From: a phage
Assembly (NCBI GenBank): GCA_022520065.1
Contig: GCA_022520065.1_3942.1
Reading direction: 5' to 3' (one strand)
Length of the DNA stretch: 64,000 nucleotides
Of this stretch, positions 21,486 to 31,791 are shown piece after piece (position 1 is the stretch's first letter; each line of letters opens with the position of its first letter). The translations under genes and the position numbers were made by a program. The notes under the pieces were generated by a model that saw only the letters and a program-made list of their open reading frames with translations, ran no database searches and was not told the origin of the DNA.

Positions 21486-22532
21486 ATGGAGAAGTACACA
21501 TTAAAAAAACTTCCCGATTCAGTTACACATGTCTTTATTGACTCTGACAGTATTGCCTATAAAGGTGCTTGTGTAGTTGAGAAAGCAAAATATAAATATG
21601 TCAATAAACTCACAGCAGAAGAATCTGAATCATTTGATAATGCAAAAGATGCTGCAAGATGGTTAGCAGACCAGAGAATCCTTGTAGAAGAGCTTGGCCT
21701 AGCATTTGATGAAGATGAATGGGAAAGACAGACTTGGAAAGAAGCTAAGAGTGAAAAAGAAGCTATCATGGCTACTCAGCAGGTTCTTCAGGAATGGCTT
21801 AAGGTTGTTGGTAAAGAAAGAACTTGGGTAGGTTATTTAACAGAGAAGGGTGTACATAAACATAAAGACATTAAAGGTCTTGAGCACCAATATCAAGGTA
21901 ACCGTAAAGAGGCTGTCACACCAACACACTTAGTTGCTTGTCGTGAATATCTTTTATCCAGACCAGAGTTCAAGCTTTTAAAGGGTGGCTTCGAAGCTGA
22001 TTCAATTGTAATTGCTAAAGCTGAAAAGATGGGTAAGAAAGCTGCTCTTATGAGTATTGACAAAGACCTTCGACAAGCTGAAGGAACTTATTGTATTGAT
22101 ATGACTTATGAAAAATCACCACTAATTTTTATTGCTGATAATAATGTTGGTGATATCTGGGATTGTCCTATCAAATCAAAACCAAAAGCTGCAAAAACAG
22201 TTGGTGTAGGTTTTAAATTCTTGTGTTATCAGGCTGTTGCTGGAGATAATGCAGACAACTACTTCGGCCTAAAAGGTGCTGGTAAAGTAGCTGTGATGAA
22301 TGCTTTAGAGGGTAAAGAGACCTATAAAGAGTGTCTTGATGCTATCTATGAACTCTATGCTAAAAAAGAGTCTTACACCTATGTGTCATGGGATGGACAG
22401 ACTGTTACAAAGACACCGTTAGAGTTAATGGAACAGCATTTCTTCCTAGCTTATCAAGAGCGAAATAAATCAGATATTTTTTCATTTGAAAAGTATGGTT
22501 GGACTCCAAATGTTGACTCAGCAGATACTTAA
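21486..22532 (+). CDS. 5'-3' exonuclease / flap endonuclease (RNase H-like)
   Basis: GFEADSIVIA and AGDNADNYFGLKGAGKVA motifs typical of FEN-family nucleases. Confidence 0.6.
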   Translation: MEKYTLKKLPDSVTHVFIDSDSIAYKGACVVEKAKYKYVNKLTAEESESFDNAKDAARWLADQRILVEELGLAFDEDEWERQTWKEAKSEKEAIMATQQVLQEWLKVVGKERTWVGYLTEKGVHKHKDIKGLEHQYQGNRKEAVTPTHLVACREYLLSRPEFKLLKGGFEADSIVIAKAEKMGKKAALMSIDKDLRQAEGTYCIDMTYEKSPLIFIADNNVGDIWDCPIKSKPKAAKTVGVGFKFLCYQAVAGDNADNYFGLKGAGKVAVMNALEGKETYKECLDAIYELYAKKESYTYVSWDGQTVTKTPLELMEQHFFLAYQERNKSDIFSFEKYGWTPNVDSADT

Positions 22533-23010
22533 AGAATATCTACACTATGACCCCGAAACAGGGGTCTTTACGTGGATAAAGAAATCAGCTAACAGAACAG
22601 TTATAGGTTCCATTGCAGGTACACCACATAAGCGAGGTTATATTAGGATAAAAATTAAAAGAAAACCCTATATGGCTCATGATTTAGCAATCCTGTACAC
22701 AGATGGTTTCCTACCTAACAGAGTAGACCATCGCAACGGCATTACTAATGATAATCGGAGATTAAATCTAAGGGTTTGCACACAAGCTGAAAACTCTTGG
22801 AATAGAAGAACACACTCCAACAACACATCTGGAGTTAAGGGTGTATCTTTCTATAAGGCTAACCAAAAATGGAAGGCCAGAGTTATGACACACGGAGTAT
22901 CTCACTTTCTGGGGTATTTTGACAGTATTGAAGATGCCAAAGATGCAGTCACAAAGAAAAGAGAAGAACTACATAAAGAGTTTTCAAATCACGGAGAAGC
23001 TTATGAATGA
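22495..23010 (+). CDS. HNH homing endonuclease with AP2-like DNA-binding region
   Basis: NUMOD4-like YDPETGVFTW, HNH-like RVDHRNG...N...R, AP2-like GVSHFLGYFDSIEDA; track start 22486 is TTG, ATG at 22495 or 22510. Confidence 0.55.
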   Translation: MVGLQMLTQQILKEYLHYDPETGVFTWIKKSANRTVIGSIAGTPHKRGYIRIKIKRKPYMAHDLAILYTDGFLPNRVDHRNGITNDNRRLNLRVCTQAENSWNRRTHSNNTSGVKGVSFYKANQKWKARVMTHGVSHFLGYFDSIEDAKDAVTKKREELHKEFSNHGEAYE

Positions 23011-23504
23011 AGATTAAAGGATTTGGCAATTGCCCCACCTATGGTCATTGGGTATCTTTATGTGGGGAAGTTGACCCCACTAAACATTTTGGCTTTGTCT
23101 ATTTAGTACACTGTAAGAAGACTGGACAATATTATATAGGAAAGAAACAGCTTAACAGTGTGACCAAAAGAAAAGTTGCTGGGAAGACTCGGAAGAAGGT
23201 AGTCACTAAGGAAAGTGATTGGATGACTTACGAAACCTCTTCTGAGTATATTAAAAAAGATATTGAGAGCTTTGGAAAAGAATTTTTTGACTTTTACATT
23301 ATCCAAACCTACTACACAAAAGGTGGCCTAGTCTATGGTGAAGCAAACCTTCAACATAAATTCGATGTAATGACAAAAAGGATTGACTCGAAGCTCAGAC
23401 TCTTCTACAATGCCAATATTGCAGCAATTAAGTTTATTACTAAAGAAACTTATGAAGATGCTGAAAAAAGAATCCATAAGGTAATGAAAGCAAATTGTGC
23501 TTGA
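23007..23504 (+). CDS. GIY-YIG domain endonuclease-like protein
   Basis: FVYLV ... YYIGKK motif. Confidence 0.5.
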   Translation: MKIKGFGNCPTYGHWVSLCGEVDPTKHFGFVYLVHCKKTGQYYIGKKQLNSVTKRKVAGKTRKKVVTKESDWMTYETSSEYIKKDIESFGKEFFDFYIIQTYYTKGGLVYGEANLQHKFDVMTKRIDSKLRLFYNANIAAIKFITKETYEDAEKRIHKVMKANCA

Positions 23505-23525
23505 TAACTATTGAGAGAGAATAAA

Positions 23526-23756
23526 ATGTTTAACAAAAGCAAAGCTGTGAGTCATGTAGCAAAAGTTGACAGTAAGATTGAAGAACTTGAGCGCATTCTT
23601 GCAAATGCTAGAGAGTCAATAATTAAAGAAGTTGAAGCTGTTGAATCACAAATGCAGCATCTAATACTTAAACGCCAAGAGCTACGTGAGCATCTGGAAT
23701 ATATTGAAACACGAGAGCTAAAGGTTAACAGATTTTTAAGGAGTCCAAATGTTTAA
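23526..23756 (+). CDS. hypothetical coiled-coil protein
   Basis: Track start 23511 is TTG; ATG 23526 has GAGAG RBS. Confidence 0.4.
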   Translation: MFNKSKAVSHVAKVDSKIEELERILANARESIIKEVEAVESQMQHLILKRQELREHLEYIETRELKVNRFLRSPNV

Positions 23757-24504
23757 CTCAAGAGAAGCAGTAAAAAACTGGAATCTTCGTTGTGGAAACA
23801 CTCAAAAGCAACCTTACAGTGATGAGTATTGGGAATCTTTAAAATCCCAGTCTCTGTGTATGCTGGAAGAAGCAAAAGAGCTTGTAAAAGCAATTGAAGA
23901 GAAAGACCCCATTGAGACACTGGATGCTCAGGCAGATTTGCAATATGTTCTTGACGGTTTGATTTACCTGTCACAACATGACCATAACGGTGCTATGAAA
24001 GCTGTTTGCCGTAATAATGACCTGAAGTACACAGATGACTATGAAGAAGCTTTAAAACGTCTTGCAGATATTGAGAAGCGTACTGGTCAAGAGTGTATTA
24101 TCAGAATGTCAGTAGTTGATGGTAAAGAGTGGTATGCCATTGTTCGTGCAGCAGATGGGAAGATTATGAAGCAATCGAATCTCCCTAAAGTACAGCTTGG
24201 TGAATACATTGTAGAACTTGAAAGCCAAGAACTTTTTGTGGTAGTATCTGAGACATGCGTTATCTGCAAAGGTATTGTAGATAGTTTAAAGGATTTGGGT
24301 GTAGATGGTTTTGTAGAAGTTAATCCAATTACCTCTAAAGCAGATAAAGACTTCTGTAAAGAGAATGGACTATGGATTGCAGACATTATCTACTATGATG
24401 GTGAGCAGTTCCATGTAACCTCATACCCGAAACTGAATTATGATGCTAATAACCTGAAGTGCTGGTTAAAAGGGGTTGGTTATAATGGATTCACAGAACA
24501 TTAA
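23749..24504 (+). CDS. protein with MazG-like nucleotide pyrophosphohydrolase-type N-terminal region
   Basis: EExxELVKAIEEKD ... DLQYVLDGLIYLSQ resembles MazG EExxE/D pattern; weak. Confidence 0.35.
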   Translation: MFNSREAVKNWNLRCGNTQKQPYSDEYWESLKSQSLCMLEEAKELVKAIEEKDPIETLDAQADLQYVLDGLIYLSQHDHNGAMKAVCRNNDLKYTDDYEEALKRLADIEKRTGQECIIRMSVVDGKEWYAIVRAADGKIMKQSNLPKVQLGEYIVELESQELFVVVSETCVICKGIVDSLKDLGVDGFVEVNPITSKADKDFCKENGLWIADIIYYDGEQFHVTSYPKLNYDANNLKCWLKGVGYNGFTEH

Positions 24505-24808
24505 TAAAGAGGGTGTGGCTCAGAAGAGCCACTTCTCAAACTACAATATTTCTATGACGGTGTTTATGAATGACCCGTTACTAGAAAAATATGGTGAGAC
24601 TCCAGATACACTTCTGGACAATGAACAAGTTTTAAAAGCAGTCCTGTACAAATACGGGATTGATATTGAGAAAGAATATTCCTTTGAAATCTGCCAACAC
24701 AGGAATACTTTCGGTAAAGTTGTGATGGCTCCACTCTTTATGGGTGTAGAAAGGACTGACTATGGTTGGTTGTATCTAAAAAGAAACTTGGAGAAATACC
24801 GTGTCTAA
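24485..24808 (+). CDS. hypothetical protein
   Basis: Track start 24476 is TTG; ATG at 24485. Confidence 0.4.
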   Translation: MDSQNINKEGVAQKSHFSNYNISMTVFMNDPLLEKYGETPDTLLDNEQVLKAVLYKYGIDIEKEYSFEICQHRNTFGKVVMAPLFMGVERTDYGWLYLKRNLEKYRV

Positions 24809-25139
24809 AGCAAAAAAGCTATCTTATGATGATATTGTCTCAGGTGCTAAGTTAGGCGTTGACAGCCTCGGACAAGATGTTAAGCACGGGGACACAGTTA
24901 TGTACTGTGATGACCGAAGAGGTAGAAGTGCAATCTTGTTTGGAAGAATTGTTTGCAAGATGCGAGGCAATTACGTTGTTGCAGACATGGATGTGAACGT
25001 TACACAAAAACTTGAAACACTTATGGATGATAATACATCATCATGGTTCTCCCTGAATTGTATGCACACTTCTTCAGTCACAAAAGTAAGTGATAAGTTT
25101 TACGATATGTGGCAGAATGAGCAAATTTTCAAGATTTAA
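24801..25139 (+). CDS. hypothetical protein
   Basis: GTG start with GGAGA RBS, no nearby ATG. Confidence 0.4.
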   Translation: MSKAKKLSYDDIVSGAKLGVDSLGQDVKHGDTVMYCDDRRGRSAILFGRIVCKMRGNYVVADMDVNVTQKLETLMDDNTSSWFSLNCMHTSSVTKVSDKFYDMWQNEQIFKI

Positions 25140-25145
25140 ACTAGG

Positions 25146-25167
25146 GAGCCTCTTCGGAGGCTCTTTT
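25146..25167 (+). terminator. intrinsic terminator
   Basis: GAGCCTC-ttcg-GAGGCTC followed by TTTT. Confidence 0.6.
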
Positions 25168-25185
25168 CATCTGTAGGATTCAAAA

Positions 25186-27420
25186 ATGATTAAGACAATT
25201 AAAAAATCAAACGGTACAGTAGTAAGCTTTGACCCAGAAAGACTGAATAAGTGGGCATCATGGGCAGATAAACGTGGAATTATCTGGTCAGAAGTCACTA
25301 TGGAAGCTATGAAACGTGTCTATGAGGGTTGCACTACAAAAGAGATGCACCAAGCCATGATTGATGTTTGTGTTGATAAACAAACTCAAGAGTACTCAGA
25401 TATGGCTGGACGACTGCTTTTGGGTATTATCTACAAAGAAGCCTTTGGAGGCTTTACTAAGGTTCCTACGCTGGTTACCTTCGTTAAAAATATGGAGAGA
25501 GCAGGACTTTGGGAGAAGATGGACTACTCACAGGAAGAGCTTGAATACCTGCAAGGTTACATTGTGCACTCAAAAGATATCTCTTACGGTTATGCAGTCT
25601 TGAAACAGTTCAGAGACAAGTATGGTATCCGTGATATTAAAACGGGAAGACTTTTTGAGTCACCACAATTTATGTTTATGGGTATGGCTATGAAAGCCTT
25701 TGAGAAGCAACCAAAGCACCGTAGATTACAAGATGTTATCAAGCTGTACACTTACCTATCTGACCTGAAGATTAACGCTCCTACACCTTATTTAAACGGT
25801 TTAAGAGCCACCAAGTCAGGTTATGCGTCATGTTGTTTGATTAAGGCGAACGATACTGCTGAGTCTCTAGGTATTGCTGCAAAGGTTGCTTATGACATGA
25901 CTACAAAGCAAGCTGGCATTGGTATGCTGATGGAGACTCGCACTATTGGTGATGGTATCCGTCAAAACACGATTGAGCACATGGGTAAGCTGCCTTATTA
26001 TAAGCTTGTACGTTCATCTGTAGAGGCAAACAAACAGAAGAGTCGTGGTGGTTCAGCTAATAACTTCTACACTGCTCTAGACCCGCAGATTGAAGATTTA
26101 CTGCGTTTGAAGCACCCTACAACGGTTCCTTCTAAACGTATTAACGAGATGGACTACTCATTCGGTACAAATGATTATTTCTGGCAGTGTGTTCAGTATG
26201 ATACAGATTGGTTGCTATTCTCTTACAAAGATGCACCAAAACTCTATGACATGTTCTACACAGCATCTGCTGACGAGTTTGCTATGGCAGTTGGCCATGC
26301 AGTACATTCAGGTGTTAAGCACAGACGGGTAAAGGCTCGTGAAATTGCTAAGCTGTTTATTCAACAGCGTTATGCTACAGGTCGTGTGTATCCATTCTTC
26401 ACTAACAATGCAAACACACATACACCATTTAAAGAACCATTGAAGATGTCAAATCTTTGTATGGAAATTGTATTGCCAGTGTATGGTTTTGAGAAAGAGA
26501 CAGACCTTTACAGAGACGATGCTGTGAAAGAGGATGGTGAGGTGGCTCTTTGCTTCCTAGCTAGTTTGGTTGCAGGGAGAATTTCAGAAGATGAATACGC
26601 TGACGTTGCTTATTATGCTCTTGCAATGGTTGACTCCGTTATTGACCTTATGGATTATCCGTATCCGTCGATGCGTAACCATGTTCAGAAGCGTCGTTCT
26701 GTTGGGATTGGCCTTACAAATGTGGCTCATTACCTTGCGAAGAACTACGTGAACTACTCTTCACGAGCAGGTAAAACGAAGCTTCATGAGCTTGCTGAAA
26801 TGCACTCTTACTATCTGCATGAAGCCTCTCTGAGACTTGCTAAAGAGCGTGGTGTTCCAGAATACATGAAGTTCACTAAGTATCCTGAAGGCTGGGTTCC
26901 TCCAAAGACAGCTAACAAGAAGATTGATGAAAAGCATGATGCAAAACTACGATATGATTGGGATGACTTAGCACAACGTATCAAAGAAAATGGTGGAATC
27001 CGAAACTCTGTATTAGAAGCTTACATGCCTAATGAGAGTTCTTCACTAGCAACTAATACGACAAATGGCTTGTACCCAATTCGTGACTTTATTTTAACTA
27101 AAAAGTCTGCAACTGGTAACGTACTGTTTATTGTTCCAGATTATGAAGAGTTGAAGTATGTATATGAAATTGCTTGGGGTATTGACACCTTTGACCTGAT
27201 TGATTGTTATGCAATTGTTCAAAAGTTCACTGGTCAGGCTATCTCTTCAGACTTCTATGTTGACTATGCAAAGTCTAAGAAGGTATCATTGGCTCAAGCT
27301 CTGAAGTACATGATTTATGCCAACTCGGTAGGTATGAAAACCATGTACTACCTTAACAGTCGCATTGGTGTAGGTAAATCTGCACTGCAAGATGCTTATT
27401 GCGAGGGTTGTGGTGTTTAG
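25186..27420 (+). CDS. nrdA: ribonucleotide reductase class Ia large subunit
   Basis: 744 aa, N-terminal ATP-cone-like region, C-terminal CEGCGV tail. Confidence 0.9.
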   Translation: MIKTIKKSNGTVVSFDPERLNKWASWADKRGIIWSEVTMEAMKRVYEGCTTKEMHQAMIDVCVDKQTQEYSDMAGRLLLGIIYKEAFGGFTKVPTLVTFVKNMERAGLWEKMDYSQEELEYLQGYIVHSKDISYGYAVLKQFRDKYGIRDIKTGRLFESPQFMFMGMAMKAFEKQPKHRRLQDVIKLYTYLSDLKINAPTPYLNGLRATKSGYASCCLIKANDTAESLGIAAKVAYDMTTKQAGIGMLMETRTIGDGIRQNTIEHMGKLPYYKLVRSSVEANKQKSRGGSANNFYTALDPQIEDLLRLKHPTTVPSKRINEMDYSFGTNDYFWQCVQYDTDWLLFSYKDAPKLYDMFYTASADEFAMAVGHAVHSGVKHRRVKAREIAKLFIQQRYATGRVYPFFTNNANTHTPFKEPLKMSNLCMEIVLPVYGFEKETDLYRDDAVKEDGEVALCFLASLVAGRISEDEYADVAYYALAMVDSVIDLMDYPYPSMRNHVQKRRSVGIGLTNVAHYLAKNYVNYSSRAGKTKLHELAEMHSYYLHEASLRLAKERGVPEYMKFTKYPEGWVPPKTANKKIDEKHDAKLRYDWDDLAQRIKENGGIRNSVLEAYMPNESSSLATNTTNGLYPIRDFILTKKSATGNVLFIVPDYEELKYVYEIAWGIDTFDLIDCYAIVQKFTGQAISSDFYVDYAKSKKVSLAQALKYMIYANSVGMKTMYYLNSRIGVGKSALQDAYCEGCGV

Positions 27421-27475
27421 TTTTAACAACTATGAGGGTCGTAAAAGACCCTCTAAAATTAACTTTGGAGAGACT

Positions 27476-27733
27476 ATGAAAGACTTAATAGCAAATCACG
27501 AGTGGCCTATATACTTGCTCCACAAACCTCGAAAAACGCTGTACTATGTGAGTAGCACAGATATGATGATAAAACAAAAGGATGACTCATGGGTTGCTGG
27601 TATCTCTTACATCTCTACAGCAGATGGTAAAATCTACGCAAGACCTTATGAGATGTTCAACAAAGAAAATTGGGAAGTTTTAGACAGAAAACAAGCCTTA
27701 GAAATGATAAAGAAAGGAGAAATCACGCTATGA
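27476..27733 (+). CDS. hypothetical protein
   Basis: Start moved to ATG 27476 with GGAG RBS after the hairpin that follows nrdA. Confidence 0.35.
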   Translation: MKDLIANHEWPIYLLHKPRKTLYYVSSTDMMIKQKDDSWVAGISYISTADGKIYARPYEMFNKENWEVLDRKQALEMIKKGEITL

Positions 27734-28803
27734 TTAACCAGCACCCAATCTTTTTAGGTGGTGAGAGAAAAACTTTTGACTCACTTAATAAACACTACCC
27801 AAAAATCTTTGAACTTTATAAACAACAAAAAGCACAAGACTGGTCAGAAGATGAGTTTCCTTTTGAACAATCACGTCTTGATTTTGAGAGTGTTCCAGCA
27901 TCAATGTCAGGTGTAATGCTTGAGATTCTTAAGTGGCAATGGGAAGCAGACACTCAAGTTGCTAAGAGCTTGGCATTTGCCTTTGCACCTTTTATCTCTG
28001 ATGACATTTATGCAACTGCAATTATGAAGCAGTCTGAGATTGAAAACCTACATGCCCTTACTTACTCAGAGATTGTAAGGCAATGTATTAAAAACCCTGA
28101 AACAATCTTAGATGAGATTAACCAGAATGTTGCTGTGCAAGACCGATTAAAAACTGTGAATCGTGTTCTTGAAGAATTACTGGATGAAGGTATAAACTAT
28201 CGTCTGAGTTATGTGCGTGATTCACTTCTGGACAAAGACCCTTTACACTTCCATAAAGTGATTCTGAAAGGGCTGTTTGCAGTGACTGCACTTGAAGGTA
28301 TATCTTTTATGGCATCCTTTGCATGTACTTTTGCACTTGATGCTCAAGATAAATTTCAGGGTATTGCTCAAGCTGTGCAGAAGATTATGCTTGATGAAAT
28401 CCTTCACACTAAAATTGATATTGAAGTTTTAAAAGAAACTTTAAGAGATGATGAGTGGCAGAAAGCTTTTCAACAAATTCTTCCAGAGATTAAAGTAATC
28501 TTAGATGAAGTAGTTGAAAGTGAAGAGAAATGGTCGTATTATATCTTCTCCGAAGGACGTGCTGTAGTTGGCCTAAATACAAAGCTTCTTCATGAGTGGG
28601 TTTACTATAATGCTGCCCCACTGTATGATATGTTTGGCATTCCCAGAGATTTTGTAGCTCCTAAAGAACCACCTTTGAAGTATATGATTAAGAAGATGGA
28701 AATTGATAAAGAGCAGAATGCTAATCAGGAGCAACAGAACGGTGCGTACTTATTGAATACTGTTGTAGATGATTTGAATAGTGGATTTTTAGAGGTTCCT
28801 TAA
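27730..28803 (+). CDS. nrdB: ribonucleotide reductase class Ia small subunit
   Basis: Directly follows nrdA; start taken at ATG 27730 (MINQHPIF) with AAAGGAG RBS. Confidence 0.85.
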   Translation: MINQHPIFLGGERKTFDSLNKHYPKIFELYKQQKAQDWSEDEFPFEQSRLDFESVPASMSGVMLEILKWQWEADTQVAKSLAFAFAPFISDDIYATAIMKQSEIENLHALTYSEIVRQCIKNPETILDEINQNVAVQDRLKTVNRVLEELLDEGINYRLSYVRDSLLDKDPLHFHKVILKGLFAVTALEGISFMASFACTFALDAQDKFQGIAQAVQKIMLDEILHTKIDIEVLKETLRDDEWQKAFQQILPEIKVILDEVVESEEKWSYYIFSEGRAVVGLNTKLLHEWVYYNAAPLYDMFGIPRDFVAPKEPPLKYMIKKMEIDKEQNANQEQQNGAYLLNTVVDDLNSGFLEVP

Positions 28804-29045
28804 TGACTTATGTAATTTACTCCAAAACTGGATGCCCTCAGTGTGAGACTGCAAAGAATTTTGCAAAAGCTCGTGGTATTGACCATGTTGTGAGAATGTT
28901 AGGGCAGGATTATGAACTGTCAGACCTGATGGATATTGCACAGATGCCAGTTCGTCAGATGCCATTCATCATGAAGACTGATGGTCAAAATCTAAAACCT
29001 GTTGGGACGCTACAGAATTTTATGGCAGAGGTGAATAATGCTTAA
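28803..29045 (+). CDS. glutaredoxin/NrdH-like redoxin
   Basis: CPQC active-site motif near N-terminus; nrd context. Confidence 0.6.
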   Translation: MTYVIYSKTGCPQCETAKNFAKARGIDHVVRMLGQDYELSDLMDIAQMPVRQMPFIMKTDGQNLKPVGTLQNFMAEVNNA

Positions 29046-29244
29046 ACGCCTTTGGGAAGGTTTGGTTGTTGATGCACCAGCCATTGTGATTGGTATGCTT
29101 GTTGTTAACCTATTTACTGATTTTGAACAAGGTTCATTGTTTGGAGCCATGCTATTATGGGTTATCTTTGAAATATTAGAGATACAGCTAGGCATCACTG
29201 AAAAACTAAGAAAACTCGTTTCAAAGTTTTCTAAAAAGATTTAA
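29038..29244 (+). CDS. small membrane protein
   Basis: 68 aa, hydrophobic. Confidence 0.4.
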   Translation: MLKRLWEGLVVDAPAIVIGMLVVNLFTDFEQGSLFGAMLLWVIFEILEIQLGITEKLRKLVSKFSKKI

Positions 29245-29251
29245 AATGAAA

Positions 29252-29273
29252 GGGTCTCTTCGGAGACCTTTTT
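29252..29273 (+). terminator. intrinsic terminator
   Basis: GGGTCTC-ttcg-GAGACCT followed by TTTT. Confidence 0.6.
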
Positions 29274-29292
29274 AGCATGTAAAGGGGCAATA

Positions 29293-31437
29293 ATGAACAA
29301 AGTACAGATTATTAAAAAGAATGGCTCACTTGAAGAACCTGATATCAAAAAAGTTTTAGCAGCAGTAACTAAGTCAGCTAACAGAGTTGGTTATAAAGAG
29401 CTTCCACCAGATGTTACTCAAGCTCTTGAGTCAGCATTTATGAGGATTCTGGTAAAGTCCACTAAACAGAATAATTTGCTAATTTCTGTAAATGATATTC
29501 ACAGTATTGTTGAGGGTGCTTTGGCAGAAGTCAATCACGAGATTTATGAGTCTTACTCAACATATAGAAATTACCGTAAAGAAGTTGCTCAAAATTGGGA
29601 TGAGCTTTACCAGAAGACCAAAGATACACTCTTCTTAGGTGACCGAGAAAACGCTAATTTTGACAGCAGTTTAATTTCTACAAAAGGTTCAATTATTCGT
29701 GGTTATCTGACTAAAGAAATCTTTAAACAGTACCACTTAACACCAGAGGAACTTGAAGCCATTGAAAAAGGGTTTATCTATATCCATGATTTAAGAGACC
29801 TAATTTTTGGTGGTATCAACTGTTGCCTGTTTGACATTGGTAAAGTCCTGAAAGGTGGCTTTGAAATGTCTGGCATCGAATATTGTGAACCGAAGTCTGT
29901 ACTGTCAGCCTTACAGGTTATTGGTGATGTAGTTCTTTCAGCAACTGCACAGCAATTTGGTGGCTTTACTTTAGCAGAGATTGATAAGGTACTCATACCG
30001 TATGCTAAGAAGTCTCTACGCTATCATGCTGAGAAAGCAGCATCTTATGGTATTCCTAAAGAACATTACCACAATTATGTCATGGAGCAGCTACAGATTG
30101 AACTGACTCAAGGTTTCCAGTCACTTGAAATGAAACTAAACACTGTACCTTGTAGTCGTGGGGATTTTGCATTTACAACTTTAACATTTGGGTTGCTCGA
30201 CTCAGATATGTCTAATGAAGACAACCGACTACAATACATGATTGCAAGTACTCTCCTAGATGTTCGTATGAATGGACAAGGTAAGAGCAAGAAGCCTGTT
30301 GTATTCCCTAAACTGGTTTATATTTATGACCAGAAGAGACACGATGAGAATATCTGTCAAGGACACCTGTACAGTAAAGCTATAGAGTGTTGCTCTAAAG
30401 CGATGTATCCAGATTTCTTAAGTGTATCTGGTCATGGTGCTGTAGCAGAAGCTTTTGAGCGTTCTGGCAAGGTTATTTCGCCGATGGGTTGCCGAGCGTT
30501 CTTATCTCCGTATCTTAACGAGAATGGGGAAGAGTTCTACGTTGGTCGTGCTAACATTGGTGCTGTATCTTTGAACTTACCAATGATTTACCAGTATTCT
30601 AAAGAGAACGGTTTAGATTTCTGGAAAGAGCTTGATAAGTACCTAGAAATGATTCGCAGCTTCCACAAGAAACGTTACGAAATGATTGCTAATATGCCAG
30701 CAAGTTCTAACCCTCTTGCATTTACACAAGGTGGTCTGTATAAAGGAACTAAGAAGCCTACTGACAGGGTTGGCTGGGATATTGTGAAGTCCTTCACAGC
30801 TTCTTTTGGGGTTACTGCGCTTGATGAGTTATCTGTTCTTGCTGAAGGTAAACGACTTCATGAAGTTGGAAGCTATAGTTTTGCATACGATGTTCTGGCG
30901 TACATCAACATGAAAACTGAAGAGTTTAAAAATGAAGATGGTTTCTTATATGCAGTCTATGGCACTCCAGCAGAATCACTATGTGGGACTCAGCTAAAAC
31001 AGTTCAGAGATATGTTTGGGGTTATCAAAGGTGTTTCCGATAAGGAATACTTTACAAACAGTTTCCATATGAATGTTGTAGCAGACATCTCACCATTTGA
31101 GAAGCAGGACTTAGAAGAGCCATTCTTCCATATCTGTAGAGGCGGTAGAATCCAGTATGTAAGAGTAGCTAACCCAGAAAACTTATCAGCACTTAAAAGT
31201 TGTATTACTAGAGGGATGTTGAAGGGTTTTTATCAGGGACTTAACTTTGACTTAGCAATCTGTGAGCATTGTGGTAACAGACCAAAGGCTGATGTTGAAG
31301 AATGTGAGGTTTGCCATTCACATGACATCTCTGTGATTAACAGGGTGTGTGGTTATCTTGGATGGACTAAGATTAAAGGTGAATCACGAATGAATGATGC
31401 AAAAATCGCTGAGATTCGTGACAGAGTTTCTATGTAA
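29293..31437 (+). CDS. nrdD: anaerobic ribonucleotide reductase (class III)
   Basis: C-terminal Cys cluster CEHCG...CEVCH and glycine-radical motif RVCGYLG. Confidence 0.9.
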   Translation: MNKVQIIKKNGSLEEPDIKKVLAAVTKSANRVGYKELPPDVTQALESAFMRILVKSTKQNNLLISVNDIHSIVEGALAEVNHEIYESYSTYRNYRKEVAQNWDELYQKTKDTLFLGDRENANFDSSLISTKGSIIRGYLTKEIFKQYHLTPEELEAIEKGFIYIHDLRDLIFGGINCCLFDIGKVLKGGFEMSGIEYCEPKSVLSALQVIGDVVLSATAQQFGGFTLAEIDKVLIPYAKKSLRYHAEKAASYGIPKEHYHNYVMEQLQIELTQGFQSLEMKLNTVPCSRGDFAFTTLTFGLLDSDMSNEDNRLQYMIASTLLDVRMNGQGKSKKPVVFPKLVYIYDQKRHDENICQGHLYSKAIECCSKAMYPDFLSVSGHGAVAEAFERSGKVISPMGCRAFLSPYLNENGEEFYVGRANIGAVSLNLPMIYQYSKENGLDFWKELDKYLEMIRSFHKKRYEMIANMPASSNPLAFTQGGLYKGTKKPTDRVGWDIVKSFTASFGVTALDELSVLAEGKRLHEVGSYSFAYDVLAYINMKTEEFKNEDGFLYAVYGTPAESLCGTQLKQFRDMFGVIKGVSDKEYFTNSFHMNVVADISPFEKQDLEEPFFHICRGGRIQYVRVANPENLSALKSCITRGMLKGFYQGLNFDLAICEHCGNRPKADVEECEVCHSHDISVINRVCGYLGWTKIKGESRMNDAKIAEIRDRVSM

Positions 31438-31590
31438 AACTTGACATGGTGGTGTGAGTCTTGATAGGCTTACATCACCTTTTTATTGGATGTTAGATAT
31501 GGCAGAGAATATTATTGGGTTGTTCATAGGTTCTGTCTTACTAGGGTTCTTTTTAGGACTCTCTTATTGTGAATTAAGGGGCAAGTTAAA

Positions 31591-31791
31591 ATGTTTAAAA
31601 TATCAAAAGCGTTGATATACATACTCCATATTCTAGTCTTCTTCTTTGGGGTTAGTGTTATGGTATGGGGTTTTTCAGACCCACAATGGGGTTTCTCATA
31701 TCATGGTCAGATGGATTTATGGTCATGCTTCAAACCATTTTTAGGGTTAGTCATAGCATTCAGTGCATTACCAACTAAGGTGAAATTATGA
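31591..31791 (+). CDS. small membrane protein
   Basis: 66 aa, hydrophobic. Confidence 0.35.
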   Translation: MFKISKALIYILHILVFFFGVSVMVWGFSDPQWGFSYHGQMDLWSCFKPFLGLVIAFSALPTKVKL

